64,000 nt of DNA from Treponemataceae bacterium (GTDB lineage: Bacteria > Spirochaetota > Spirochaetia > Treponematales > Rectinemataceae), in the NCBI GenBank assembly GCA_963667725.2, contig CAXXHO010000003.1, positions 256,001 to 320,000 of the forward strand. The letters are read 5' to 3'. The stretch's first letter is position 1. Each line of letters begins with the position of its first letter. The translations under genes were made by a program, and so were the position numbers. The notes below the pieces were generated by a model. It did not search any database. It was not told where the DNA came from and was given only the letters and a program-made list of their open reading frames with translations. Positions 19,500 to 29,530 of the stretch are shown piece by piece.

Positions 19500-20645
19500 T
19501 CAGCGGCCGAAGACGCCGGATGCTTCTTTCAGCAAGTCGCGAATAGGGAGGTCCTGAGGGCACATGGCCTCGCATTGACCGCAGTCCACGCAGGCTTCGG
19601 GCTTGCCCGTTATCTGTCCATAGCCGGTGAACATAGGATCCGTGGTATCCCAGATGGCGGCCTTGTTGAGCGCGGCCAGGAGTTCGGGGATCTGCACGCC
19701 CTGAGGACAGGGCTGGCAATATCGACAGGCGCTGCAATCGGCTTTCATGCGCGATTTCATCGCGGCGCGGGCGGTTTCGTACACGGCCAGCTGATCGGGC
19801 GTTAATATGTTTTCGGTGGCCGACTCGGCGGTCCTAAGGTTTTCCCTCAGTTGCTTGACGTCGCCCATGCCAGATAGAAGCAGGCTGACGCCCGGTTCGT
19901 TCCACACATAACGCAGCCCCCATTCGGCGGGGCTCCATGCTTCGGAGCGCCGGTCGAAGGCTGCCTGCATCTCGGGCGGCAGATTGTTCGCGAGCCTTCC
20001 GCCTTTCAGGGGTTCCATCACCACGACGCCAAGCCCTTTGTCTGCCGCGTAGCGCAGTCCCGAATGCCCGGCCTGGTAATCCACGTCAATGTAGTTATAT
20101 TGAATCTGGGCAAAGGACCAGCCATCGTATTCGTCGATGATCCGGATAAAATCTTCTTTCTTGCCGTGAAATGAAAAAGCCGGGAAACGTATGAGGCCCC
20201 GCTCCCGCGCCTTGTCGAGGAATTCCCTAATGCCGAGATCCTTCATGCGGTTCCAGGCGTCCCCGTTGAGCGCGTGCACGAGGTAAAAATCCAGGCTGGC
20301 CGTCTGGAGTCTTTCGAGTTGCCGCTCGAGGAAGCGGTCCATGTCGTCGCGCGTCGCGACAAGCTGCTGGGGCAGTTTGGTGGCGAGATGGACCCTTTCC
20401 CGCCAGCCGTTATTCAGGGCTCGGCCGATGAAAGGCTCGCTGCTTCCCGCCTGTCCCGTACTCGTCGAGTGATAGAACCATGCCGTATCGATATAGTTGA
20501 TGCCCAACTCGATCGCCTCATGAAGCAGTTCGGTCGAGGTTTCCTCGTCGATCCTGTCGGGACTGCCCAGGGTGGGGAGGCGCATGCATCCAAAACCAAG
20601 CACCGAAACGTCGAGGCCTGTACGGCCAAGCCTGCGATAGTTCAT
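19500..20645 (-). CDS. Aldo/keto reductase with a C-terminal 4Fe-4S dicluster domain
   Basis: LGFGCMRLP, DTAWFY, ATKL, YLVH, MEPLKGG; CSACRYC.PCP and CVDCGQCEAMCP. Confidence 0.92.
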   Translation of the reverse strand: MNYRRLGRTGLDVSVLGFGCMRLPTLGSPDRIDEETSTELLHEAIELGINYIDTAWFYHSTSTGQAGSSEPFIGRALNNGWRERVHLATKLPQQLVATRDDMDRFLERQLERLQTASLDFYLVHALNGDAWNRMKDLGIREFLDKARERGLIRFPAFSFHGKKEDFIRIIDEYDGWSFAQIQYNYIDVDYQAGHSGLRYAADKGLGVVVMEPLKGGRLANNLPPEMQAAFDRRSEAWSPAEWGLRYVWNEPGVSLLLSGMGDVKQLRENLRTAESATENILTPDQLAVYETARAAMKSRMKADCSACRYCQPCPQGVQIPELLAALNKAAIWDTTDPMFTGYGQITGKPEACVDCGQCEAMCPQDLPIRDLLKEASGVFGR

Positions 20646-20796
20646 TAAAAACTCCTGTCGATCCGCGTTTCCACCATTCAGGAAACCGAATCCGTGACAT
20701 CCTATCAGGCGGGACCGGCAAAAGTACAGGGAGAAAGCTGGGTTGATGCGGGTTATGGCGCAAAAAATAGCGTCGATATTGCCCTCGTCGTGAACC

Positions 20797-20826
20797 TTGT
20801 AATTTCCGGGCTTCTGCCATTATGCT
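20797..20826 (+). promoter_or_regulatory. sigma70-type promoter, probably leaderless
   Basis: TTGTAA-N18-TATGCT-N6-ATG(20833); no SD. Confidence 0.5.
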
Positions 20827-20832
20827 TGACGC

Positions 20833-21792
20833 ATGAAGATAGTCATTTTAGATGGATATACGGAGAATCCCGGAGATCTGAGCTGGGCGGGTTTCGAGGC
20901 GATCGGCTCGCTTTCCGTCTATGAGAGAACTCCTCTGGAGAAAATTGCCCAGAGGATCGGCGACGCCGAAGCGGTCATCACCAACAAGGTCCCGATCTCC
21001 AGGGCGACGCTGGAAGCCTGTCCTTCCGTCCAATACATCGGCGTGCTCGCCACGGGCTACAATATCGTCGACGTGGCAGCCTGCTCCGAAAAAGACATCG
21101 TCGTCACCAATATTCCCACCTATGGGACAAACGCTGTCGCCCAGATGGCGATAGCCCTCCTGCTCGAGCTTTGCCACCACGTCGGCGCCCACTCCGAATC
21201 TGTCTTCGCCGGCGAATGGACGAACAGCGCCGACTGGAGCTACTGGAAATACCCGCTCGTGGAACTTGCCGGCAAGACGATGGGCATCACCGGTTTCGGC
21301 AGGATAGGGCAGGCTACCGGCAGAATCGCCCAGGCGCTCGGCATGAAAATTCTGGCGCATGACGAACACAAGACCCCTGGCCTGGAATCCGAAACCTGTC
21401 GCTATGTCGATCTGGATACGCTGTTCGCCCATTCGGACGTCATATCCCTGCATTGCCCGCTCTTTCCCTCGACACAGGGCATCATCAACCGACACAACAT
21501 AGCCACGATGAAAGATGGCGTATTCATCATCAATACCTCGCGGGGACCGCTCATCGTTGAGGAGGACCTTCGCGACGCCCTTTTGTCCGGCAAGGTGGGA
21601 GCCGCGGCGGTGGACGTCGTTTCCAGCGAGCCGATCAAGGCCGACAACCCTTTACTGAAGACAAGGAACTGCCTTATAACGCCGCATATCGCCTGGGCTC
21701 CCAAGGAATCGCGGCAACGACTGATGGAGATCGCCCTGGAAAACCTGAAAGCTTTCGTGGCGGGCAGCCCAGTCAACGTCGTGACGGCGTGA
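20833..21792 (+). CDS. D-2-hydroxyacid dehydrogenase (glycerate dehydrogenase/hydroxypyruvate reductase-like)
   Basis: MKIVILDGYTENPGDLSW, GFGRIG, LHCPL, INTSRG, EP, TPHIAW. Confidence 0.92.
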   Translation: MKIVILDGYTENPGDLSWAGFEAIGSLSVYERTPLEKIAQRIGDAEAVITNKVPISRATLEACPSVQYIGVLATGYNIVDVAACSEKDIVVTNIPTYGTNAVAQMAIALLLELCHHVGAHSESVFAGEWTNSADWSYWKYPLVELAGKTMGITGFGRIGQATGRIAQALGMKILAHDEHKTPGLESETCRYVDLDTLFAHSDVISLHCPLFPSTQGIINRHNIATMKDGVFIINTSRGPLIVEEDLRDALLSGKVGAAAVDVVSSEPIKADNPLLKTRNCLITPHIAWAPKESRQRLMEIALENLKAFVAGSPVNVVTA

Positions 21793-21802
21793 GGGTTCGA
21801 GA

Positions 21803-23065
21803 ATGGAATGCTACAATAAAGGCTATTGTCTTGTTCTTTCGGGCGGGGGAGCGAAAGGCGTCTATCATCTAGGAGTCTGGAAAGCGCTCAAGGAACTGGG
21901 CATCCAGGTCGATGCCTTCATGGGAACATCCATCGGGGCCGTGATCGCCGGTCTCTTTGCTCAGGACAGCGACGATTCGCTTGATGATCTGGGCGCTTCC
22001 ATCACGGTGAATTCCATCATTTCCCTGCCCGACACCTTTGTCGATGAAGGAAAAATCAACGTAAACAAGGAATCCTTGTCCGAAGCGCAGGAACTTTTCC
22101 GTTCCCTCATTGAGAACAAAGGCCTCGACACCAGCCCTCTGCGCCAACTTCTGGTGTCGCGCATCGACGAAGACAGAATCAGGAAATCGGGAAAGGATCT
22201 CGGCGTCGTCACCATAAACCTTAGCGACTTGAAACCCCGCGAAATGTTCATTGAGGAAATGGGCGAAGGCGCGATCATCGATTACCTGATGGCGAGCGCC
22301 GCCTTTCCCGGATTCCGCCAGCCGGTCATAGAAGGCAAGAAATATATGGACGGCGGCATCGTCGACAACATACCCTACGCGATGGCAAGGCAGCGGGGCT
22401 ATCGGCGCATTATCGTCTCTGACATCTCAGGGCTGGGCATGAACAGGCGCCCGGAGATCGAGGGAAGCATCACGATATATATCAAGAATTCCATCAACAT
22501 GGGCGGCGTCCTCGATTTCGACCACGATTTCATGAAGGATTTCGAGCGCCTGGGCTATCTCGACACGTTGCGCGTCTTCGGTCGGCTGCGAGGATATTCA
22601 TATTTCATCGAGCCAAACGCTGAGGCCGAAGCGGTTTTCGCGAAGAAGCTGGAAAAGGCCGCTCCGGCGCGGGGAACGACGACTTTTCCGAAGAATATGC
22701 TCCATGACAGAAATCTCCTCCTGAAGTATCTCGAATGCGCGGCTTCCATCCTGGAGGTTCCTCGCGTGGCGTCGTATACCTACGGCGAGCTGGCTTCCGC
22801 CATAGCGGAAAGGAAAAATGACGACGAAGACAAGATCGCCGAAATCTTCAAGGCAGGTTCCGACAGAAAAGCCGCGATCATCGCGATGCTTCGCGAATCG
22901 ATGGCGAACCGCATATTCAAGGGAAGCCCCTATTATTATTTCCGTCTGATGGAAGAATTCCTGCCTAAAAAAGCCGGCGTCATGCCGAGAAAGACCCTGA
23001 TAGGCCTCTTCCCGGAGTTGCCTGCCGGAATGGAGTATCTACGGAGCGTTGAGCGCTCGAATTAA
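21803..23065 (+). CDS. Patatin-like phospholipase
   Basis: GGGAKG, GTSIG nucleophile elbow, ASAAFP, DGG. Confidence 0.9.
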   Translation: MECYNKGYCLVLSGGGAKGVYHLGVWKALKELGIQVDAFMGTSIGAVIAGLFAQDSDDSLDDLGASITVNSIISLPDTFVDEGKINVNKESLSEAQELFRSLIENKGLDTSPLRQLLVSRIDEDRIRKSGKDLGVVTINLSDLKPREMFIEEMGEGAIIDYLMASAAFPGFRQPVIEGKKYMDGGIVDNIPYAMARQRGYRRIIVSDISGLGMNRRPEIEGSITIYIKNSINMGGVLDFDHDFMKDFERLGYLDTLRVFGRLRGYSYFIEPNAEAEAVFAKKLEKAAPARGTTTFPKNMLHDRNLLLKYLECAASILEVPRVASYTYGELASAIAERKNDDEDKIAEIFKAGSDRKAAIIAMLRESMANRIFKGSPYYYFRLMEEFLPKKAGVMPRKTLIGLFPELPAGMEYLRSVERSN

Positions 23066-24057
23066 ATTCCGGCGGCCTGCACGATGAGCGATACCAAAGC
23101 CACCGAAATCCAGCAAGCAAGCCCAAGCAGTATGGGGCGTATGCCGTTACGGACAAGTTTCAAGGGATTGGAGCGCAGTCCGATGGCGGCCATCGCCATG
23201 CAGATGCCGAACTTGCCGAGCTGGGCGAGGGAGTAGCCCGCGTCCAGGGAAAAGGCGCCAAGAGTCCGGCAGAGGGATGCGGCCAGGAAACCGAGCACGA
23301 ACCAGGGAAATATCTTCACGAAATTGAGCGCGCCCCGCTTGCCCTCTGTGCCGCGCAGCCTGTTCATGGCGAGGAAGAGCGTGATGGGAATGATCATGAG
23401 GGTTCGCGTGAGCTTTACGATCGTGGCGTAACGCCCGGCTTCGTCGCCATAGGAAAACGCGGCAGCTACCACTGACGAGGTGTCGTTTATCGCCGTGCCC
23501 GCCCAGAGGCCAAAAGTTTGCTGGTCCATGTTCATCATGTGTCCCAGCGCCGGAAAAATGAATACGGCGAGTATGTTGAAAATAAAGATCGTCGAGATGG
23601 AATAAGCTACTTCTTCCTCGTCAGCTTCTATTACGGGAGCGGTCGCCGCGATGGCCGAACCGCCGCATATGGCCGTCCCCACGCCGATGAGCGTTTTCAC
23701 CTTTGGATCTATCCCCAACCATTTGCCGACGAAGCGCGCGGCGAGGAATGCCGCCGCGAGCGTGAATGCCATGACGGCGATTGATTCGATTCCTACTTTA
23801 AGCACGACCGAAAGGTCGAGGCTGAAACCTAGAAAGATGATCGAATACTGAAGCATTTTCTTTCCGGTAAAGCCGATGCCTTCCTCGAAAAAAGCGGGGC
23901 GCTTGAAGAAGGAGAGGGCCATGCCGAAAATGATCGCGAAGACAGGCGCCCCGATGACGGGAACGAGTTTTCCGAGGAACCAGGAGGGAAGCGCCAATGC
24001 CAGGGCGAGGACAATCCCGGGGAAGGTCGCTACGATGCGTTGCGACATAGGTCTCAT
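23062..24057 (-). CDS. YeiH/UPF0324 (putative sulfate exporter family) membrane protein
   Basis: GTAICGGSAIAA, GTAINDTSSVVAA, VKLTR, PWFVLGF; ATGA overlap with the ROK stop. Confidence 0.88.
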   Translation of the reverse strand: MRPMSQRIVATFPGIVLALALALPSWFLGKLVPVIGAPVFAIIFGMALSFFKRPAFFEEGIGFTGKKMLQYSIIFLGFSLDLSVVLKVGIESIAVMAFTLAAAFLAARFVGKWLGIDPKVKTLIGVGTAICGGSAIAATAPVIEADEEEVAYSISTIFIFNILAVFIFPALGHMMNMDQQTFGLWAGTAINDTSSVVAAAFSYGDEAGRYATIVKLTRTLMIIPITLFLAMNRLRGTEGKRGALNFVKIFPWFVLGFLAASLCRTLGAFSLDAGYSLAQLGKFGICMAMAAIGLRSNPLKLVRNGIRPILLGLACWISVALVSLIVQAAGI

Positions 24058-25277
24058 CTGCGGCGCACCATAGAGGAGAGGGCAAGCTTGCGGTCCAGGA
24101 CGAGACAGGCACCGCCCAATGCGCCGACCGATTCGCCGAGGGCGCCGCGCTCGATCTTCACCGTGTTGAAGGCATGCGGCATCGCCCAACGCGCTGCGAC
24201 CTTGCGCACGCATTCTATAAGCGGACTCTCGATCAGCCCGATCGGGCCGCCGATTATCACCTTGTCGGGATTGTAGGTGGTAACGATATTCGCGATGGCG
24301 AGACCGAGCTGCGTGGATGCTTCGCGGACGCATTCGAGAGCGAGCGGGTCACCGGCGGCCGCGGCGAGGCAGACATCTTCGCCGTTGATCGATTCGCCGG
24401 CTTTTCCCCGGGCCGCCAGCTGCGAGGATCCCCCCTCGGCGATGAGCGCGATCGCCCTGCGCGACAGGGCGCTTCCCGATGCGTAGACATGGAGGCAGCC
24501 GCGTTTTCCGCAGGCGCAGACAGGCCCTTCCGTGTTCACGGTGACATGGCCGATTTCACCTGCGCTGAAGAAGGACCCGTGGACAAGCTCCCCGTCTATC
24601 ATGATCGCGGCGCTGATCCCCGTGCCAATGCCGATGTACACCATCTGGTGGACGGCTCTTCCTCCGCCGAAGCGGGCTTCGGCCAGTCCGGCGCCTCTGT
24701 TTCTGTTGATAAGAAGAACCTTGGTCTTAAGCTTCTTTTCCACAAGATCGGCTACGCGGACATTTCGCCAGCCCAGGTCGTCGGCTCTGATGATGAGGCC
24801 GCGGTCACAGTCGACGAGGCCGGGAGCGCCGACCCCGAAGGCCGGCAGCAGCTCGCCGCTGACGCCTTCCTTAAAATCGCTCAAGCCCCGCACGAGGCTG
24901 TCGAGGAAAGAGTCGGGGTCGGCGCCGGCGACCTTGAGCGAAGCGCTCCTCAGGATACGCCCCTTCAGGTCGGTTTCGACGAAGGACCAGTGCCCAGAAT
25001 GGTATTCGGCGCCGATAGCCCTCCAGATCGAATCGTCCAGGTCGAGGAGTATGCCCGGTCTTCCCCTGCCTTCGCGGAGCAGGTTCTTTTCCACGAGCAG
25101 ATTGAGACTTATCAGCCTCGATACGATCGTAGAGGCTGTGGTACGGCTCAAGCCCAGATGCCGGGCGATCGATGCCCGCGACTCCGCGGCACGGTATTCT
25201 ATCGCCTTCAGGACGGCGACCGTGTACTCGCCTTCGGGCAAGGCGTTGTTGATTTCGGTTTCGGCGCGATTTTTCAT
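24054..25277 (-). CDS. ROK family transcriptional repressor (XylR/NagC-like)
   Basis: N-terminal HTH SRASIARHLGLSRTTAS, GAPG, GTGISA, AGEIGH, CACGKRGCL. Confidence 0.93.
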   Translation of the reverse strand: MKNRAETEINNALPEGEYTVAVLKAIEYRAAESRASIARHLGLSRTTASTIVSRLISLNLLVEKNLLREGRGRPGILLDLDDSIWRAIGAEYHSGHWSFVETDLKGRILRSASLKVAGADPDSFLDSLVRGLSDFKEGVSGELLPAFGVGAPGLVDCDRGLIIRADDLGWRNVRVADLVEKKLKTKVLLINRNRGAGLAEARFGGGRAVHQMVYIGIGTGISAAIMIDGELVHGSFFSAGEIGHVTVNTEGPVCACGKRGCLHVYASGSALSRRAIALIAEGGSSQLAARGKAGESINGEDVCLAAAAGDPLALECVREASTQLGLAIANIVTTYNPDKVIIGGPIGLIESPLIECVRKVAARWAMPHAFNTVKIERGALGESVGALGGACLVLDRKLALSSMVRRR

Positions 25278-25318
25278 CGGTGCGTCTATAATACTATGAA
25301 AATTAAATTTGTACAGAT

Positions 25319-25341
25319 ATTTGTAAAGAAACTTGACAAAT
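25319..25341. promoter_or_regulatory. Candidate ROK operator 1 (23-bp imperfect palindrome overlapping the -35)
   Basis: ATTTGTAAAG-AAA-CTTGACAAAT, 9 of 10 arm positions symmetric. Confidence 0.7.
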
Positions 25342-25360
25342 TGCAGACTCGTGGTATCGT
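25333..25360 (+). promoter_or_regulatory. sigma70 promoter with extended -10, probably leaderless
   Basis: TTGACA-N16-TATCGT with TGn upstream, then N6-ATG(25367); no SD. Confidence 0.65.
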
Positions 25361-25366
25361 GAAGCT

Positions 25367-26776
25367 ATGGCATTCAACCGGGATATACGAGTGGAAGGGC
25401 TCTCTCTTTTCTATCTGCCCGTTAAGACCAGGATTCCTCTCAAGTTCGGCCCCGAGACGACGACACATGCGACCTGCGCGCGGGTACGGATCGACGTTTC
25501 CTCAAGGCAGGGCGCTCATGCCGTGGGCTGGGGCGAAACCCCTCTCAGCGTCGCCTGGGTCTGGCCCTGCGAACTCTCCTATGATTCCCGTCTCGCCGCG
25601 ATGCAGGAATTCTGCTTTCTCCTGGCCCGCGCCTGGAAGGATTTTCCCCTGTGGGGTCATCCGATGGAGATCGGGCACGCATTCCTCCAGGAAAGCCTGC
25701 CAGTCTTATTTGGTGAGTTCAACGCGCGCCGAACCGCCCAGCGGTTGCCGGAAATGCCCTGGCTGGCCGCTCTCGTGTGTTCGGCCTCCTTCGATCTGGC
25801 CCTCTTCGACGCCTATGGGAACCTCCACGGCCTCTCGGTTTTCGACACCCTAGGCCCCGAGTTCATGAATCGTGACCTTGCATGGTTTTACGGCCCTGAA
25901 CACGCGCCGCTTTTCAAGGATAAGTATCCGGAAGATTTCCTCGTCCGGCCCGCGCCGCTTTCGCTGCCCGCCTGGCACCTCGTCGGCGGCAAGGATATCC
26001 TCACGGCGGAAGGGCTCAATGGTACGGAGCCGGACGATGGCTATCCCGTCATCCTTTCGGATTGGATCGTTCGGGACGGGCTCAAATGCCTGAAAATCAA
26101 GCTTACCGGCAACGATGCCGAATGGGATTACGCGCGCATCCTCGATGTGGGACGCATGGCGATCCACTACAACGTCGACTGGCTCAGCACCGATTTCAAC
26201 TGTACGGTGCTCGATCCGGCCTACGTATGCCGGATTCTCGACAGGCTTCTTGTCGAGGAGCCGAGAATTTTCGCGATGATTCTCTATATTGAGCAGCCAT
26301 TCCCTTACGATCTCGAGCGCAATCGTATCGACGCGCATTCGGTCAGCGCGCGCAAACCCCTTTTCATGGACGAAAGCGCTCACGACTGGAAATATCTCGC
26401 CCTGGGCAGGACACTCGGATGGACGGGCGTTGCCCTGAAGACCTGCAAGACCTTTACCGGCGCGCTCCTCAGTCTCTGCTGGGCCAAGACGGCGGGCATG
26501 ACGCTGATGGTTCAGGACCTGACCAACCCCATGCTTGCCCAGATACCCCATATCCAGCTGGCCGCCCATGCCGGAACGATCATGGGCGTCGAGACGAACT
26601 CGATGCAGTTTTACCCCGATGCCTCGAAGCCCGAGGCCGCGGTCCATCCCGGCCTGTTCTCGAGGGTGGGCGGACGGGTGAGGCTCGATTCGATCGGACC
26701 GACGGGGTTCGGCTATAGAATCGACGAAATCGCGCGAATACTGCCCGAAGCGGCCTGGGAAGGCGGCAGGGCATGA
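25367..26776 (+). CDS. Enolase-superfamily enzyme (mandelate racemase/muconate lactonizing enzyme-like)
   Basis: GWGE, FDLALFDA, KxK (LKIKL), metal ligands D (TDFN), E (IEQP), D (MDES), distal K (KTCK). Confidence 0.85.
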   Translation: MAFNRDIRVEGLSLFYLPVKTRIPLKFGPETTTHATCARVRIDVSSRQGAHAVGWGETPLSVAWVWPCELSYDSRLAAMQEFCFLLARAWKDFPLWGHPMEIGHAFLQESLPVLFGEFNARRTAQRLPEMPWLAALVCSASFDLALFDAYGNLHGLSVFDTLGPEFMNRDLAWFYGPEHAPLFKDKYPEDFLVRPAPLSLPAWHLVGGKDILTAEGLNGTEPDDGYPVILSDWIVRDGLKCLKIKLTGNDAEWDYARILDVGRMAIHYNVDWLSTDFNCTVLDPAYVCRILDRLLVEEPRIFAMILYIEQPFPYDLERNRIDAHSVSARKPLFMDESAHDWKYLALGRTLGWTGVALKTCKTFTGALLSLCWAKTAGMTLMVQDLTNPMLAQIPHIQLAAHAGTIMGVETNSMQFYPDASKPEAAVHPGLFSRVGGRVRLDSIGPTGFGYRIDEIARILPEAAWEGGRA

Positions 26777-27564
26777 AGAATTCCAGATCTTTCGCGGCGA
26801 AAGTACTGCCGAGGCTCCTCTATATCGTACTGGCGATAGCCCTCTGGCAGGCGCTCATCATGATTTTCAAGGTGAAGGAATTCGTCGTTCCCTCGCCGAT
26901 CGCGGTGTTCAAGAGCCTGTTTTCGGGAGAACTGATCGCGGAGAATACCTGGGGCGTGCATATCAGGACGACCCTTACGGAAATAGCGGTCAGTTTCTTC
27001 CTTACGGCGGTCGTGGGATTCCTTCTCGCCCTCGTCATCTGCTGGTCCAGAATCCTGCGCGGCATTCTCATGCCTGTCATCGCCGTCCTGAATTCCCTGC
27101 CCAAAATTGCCCTGGCCCCGCTTTTCCTCATCTGGCTCGGCTATGGTTTCACGGCCAACGTGACCATAGCGATCATCTGCGCCTTTTTTCCCATCGTGCT
27201 CAACACGACGGTGGGACTCGATTCCGTGGACGAGGATCTGCTCGACCTCGTCCGTTACCTGAACGCTTCCAAGCTGCAGGTCTTTCTCAAGATAAGAATC
27301 CCGAATTCGCTTCCCTATGTCTTTTCCGGCCTTAAAGTGAGCGCCACGATGGCTGTCGTGGGCGTTATCGTGGGCGAGTTCGTGGCGTCCAGCCAGGGGC
27401 TGGGCTTCCTGATCAAAGACTCCCAGGCCATGATGAATACGCCGCCCATGTTCGCCGCACTTTTCCTCATATCGGGAATAGGCTTGGGCCTGTTCGCCTT
27501 CATCGGTTTTCTGGAACGCGCGCTTATGCCCTGGAACATTGAGCGGACGGAGGGCAAGGCATGA
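26773..27564 (+). CDS. ABC transporter permease, NitT/TauT/SsuC family
   Basis: PSP, LPKIALAPLFLIWLGYG, FFPIVLNT..G, RIPNSLPY.FSGLK, GEFV. Confidence 0.9.
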   Translation: MKNSRSFAAKVLPRLLYIVLAIALWQALIMIFKVKEFVVPSPIAVFKSLFSGELIAENTWGVHIRTTLTEIAVSFFLTAVVGFLLALVICWSRILRGILMPVIAVLNSLPKIALAPLFLIWLGYGFTANVTIAIICAFFPIVLNTTVGLDSVDEDLLDLVRYLNASKLQVFLKIRIPNSLPYVFSGLKVSATMAVVGVIVGEFVASSQGLGFLIKDSQAMMNTPPMFAALFLISGIGLGLFAFIGFLERALMPWNIERTEGKA

Positions 27565-28361
27565 AAAAGCCCAGTTCGCCGAGGCTGAGTTCGCTCTTGG
27601 CACGCCTCAAGACTCCGGCTGTCATCGTCGTTCTCCTCGTGATATGGGAACTCTGCGTGAGGATTTTCAAGGTCAAGGAATACATCCTTCCATCGCCCAT
27701 CGTGGCTCTGGAGCATCTCTTCCTGCCGCAGCCCGACGCGAACTATAGCTGGATCGTCCATATTCGCATAACGTTGATGGAGCTTGCCGTATCCTTCGTC
27801 GTCACCTCCATCCTCGGCATAGCGATTGCGATAGGCCTCGCGTGGAACGCGACCGTCAAGAAAATCGTCATGCCGGCCTTCGTCTTCCTGAATTCGCTGC
27901 CCATCGTCGCGATCGCGCCCCTCCTCGTCCTCTGGTTCGGCTACGGCCTGAAGACGAACATCCTGATAGCTTTTCTCGTATCCTTTTTTCCCATCGTGAT
28001 CAACACGACGGTGGGGCTGTCCGAGATAGACGACGATCTTCTGGATCTCGTGAAGTACCTGAACGGGACGAAACTGCAGATATTCCTCAAGCTGAGAATA
28101 CCTAATTCGCTTCCCTACATTTTCACGGGACTCAAGATAAGCTCCACGATGTGCGTCGTAGGGGCGATCGTCGGCGAGTTCGTCGCCTCGGACAGAGGCT
28201 TGGGCTACATAATTATTAATTCCCAGTACACCATGGATTCGCCGCCGATTTTCGCCGGTCTCATGCTCGTGTCGCTGTTCGGCGTCGCGTTGTTCGGCAT
28301 CGTGTCGGCATTGGAAAGGCTCTGCATGCCCTGGCAATTCAGGGGTAGGAATAGTGACTAA
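27561..28361 (+). CDS. ABC transporter permease, NitT/TauT/SsuC family (tandem paralog)
   Basis: Same motifs as the upstream permease; ATGA overlap. Confidence 0.9.
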   Translation: MKKPSSPRLSSLLARLKTPAVIVVLLVIWELCVRIFKVKEYILPSPIVALEHLFLPQPDANYSWIVHIRITLMELAVSFVVTSILGIAIAIGLAWNATVKKIVMPAFVFLNSLPIVAIAPLLVLWFGYGLKTNILIAFLVSFFPIVINTTVGLSEIDDDLLDLVKYLNGTKLQIFLKLRIPNSLPYIFTGLKISSTMCVVGAIVGEFVASDRGLGYIIINSQYTMDSPPIFAGLMLVSLFGVALFGIVSALERLCMPWQFRGRNSD

Positions 28362-28433
28362 CGTCGGAATTTCGCCGGGGATCGCCTAAGCGGTCCCTCA
28401 GCATCTCAAGTTTTCGAATCTAGGAGGATTAAG

Positions 28434-29423
28434 ATGAGGAAACGTTTCATCGCGACAATCGCCATTGCTTTCCTGGTCCTGGCGGGGGCATCGGCCCAGA
28501 CGACCAAGATCAACTTCCAGCTGAACTGGAAAATCTCGGGCGACCACGCTCCTTACTACGTGGCCATGGAAAAGGGATGGTTCAAGGAAGAAGGTCTGGA
28601 CGTAAATGTCATGATCGGCCAGGGTTCGGGCTTCACCGTCCAGATGGTGGATGCCGGCAAGGCCCAGATCGGCATCTCCGACGCTCCCGTTCCCATCGAA
28701 GCCAGGGCGAAGGGCGCCAACATCAAGCTCGTGGGCATAATTTTCGACAAACACCCCAACTGTATGTTCTTCTGGAAGGATTCCGGCATCAAGGTCGCCC
28801 AGGACCTCAAGGGCAAGACGGTGGCCGTGCCCGCCTCGGACGGACACAAAGTGATGTGGCCGGCTTTCGCCAAGCTCATCGGCCTCAACGCCAACGACGT
28901 CAAATTCATCAATATCGAGCCGACGGCCAAACCGGCTGCCCTCGGATCGAGACAGGCCGATGTGGTATTCGAGCTCTTCACCGGCAAGCCCTTCATGGAA
29001 AAGGCTGTTCCGGCCGACCAGCTGGGATGGATCATCTGGGCAGACTATGGTTTCAACGCCTACGCGCACAGCTATATCGCCAACGAGGACTTCATGAAGA
29101 GCAACCCCGAGGCGCTGAAGAAATTCCTCAAGGTGTCCTATAGGGCATGGCAGTACACGCTCAATAACATTCCCGAAGCGATAAACATCCTTTCGAAGTA
29201 CCATCCCATCAACACCGATGACTTCGTCGCAAATCTCACCGCCGTCAGGGAATTCTTCAAGACCGATCGCTACAAGAACAACGGCATCGGCTACATCGAT
29301 CCGTCGAGGATGCAGGATACCATCAACATCGTCAAGGAAAAGGGCCTGGCCATGAATCCGGATCCGAATTACTATTATTCTTCGGCTTTCCTTCCCAGCC
29401 CGCCGTATAAGTTCAACTTCTGA
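28434..29423 (+). CDS. ABC transporter substrate-binding protein, NMT1/THI5/SsuA-like
   Basis: Signal peptide ending ASA; LNW...GDHAPYYVA..KGWFKEEGLDV, DLKGKTV; AGGAGG SD. Confidence 0.9.
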   Translation: MRKRFIATIAIAFLVLAGASAQTTKINFQLNWKISGDHAPYYVAMEKGWFKEEGLDVNVMIGQGSGFTVQMVDAGKAQIGISDAPVPIEARAKGANIKLVGIIFDKHPNCMFFWKDSGIKVAQDLKGKTVAVPASDGHKVMWPAFAKLIGLNANDVKFINIEPTAKPAALGSRQADVVFELFTGKPFMEKAVPADQLGWIIWADYGFNAYAHSYIANEDFMKSNPEALKKFLKVSYRAWQYTLNNIPEAINILSKYHPINTDDFVANLTAVREFFKTDRYKNNGIGYIDPSRMQDTINIVKEKGLAMNPDPNYYYSSAFLPSPPYKFNF

Positions 29424-29442
29424 TTTTCATCGCCGAATGAAG

Positions 29443-29492
29443 GAGTCGGGGAAGTGGCGGCCAGCGATAACTGGCCGCCACTTCCCCGACTC
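29443..29492 (+). other. Perfect 22-bp stem-loop after the substrate-binding gene (stabiliser or partial terminator)
   Basis: GAGTCGGGGAAGTGGCGGCCAG-CGATAA-CTGGCCGCCACTTCCCCGACTC followed by GGTTTTT. Confidence 0.8.
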
Positions 29493-29530
29493 GGTTTTTC
29501 GGTTTTATTCACGGATAAGGTGGCCAAACG

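Noticed and set aside
24174..25853. 559-aa plus-strand ORF
   Set aside because: Antisense to the ROK gene and overlapping the enolase start in another frame; no recognisable motifs; typical shadow ORF of GC-rich coding DNA
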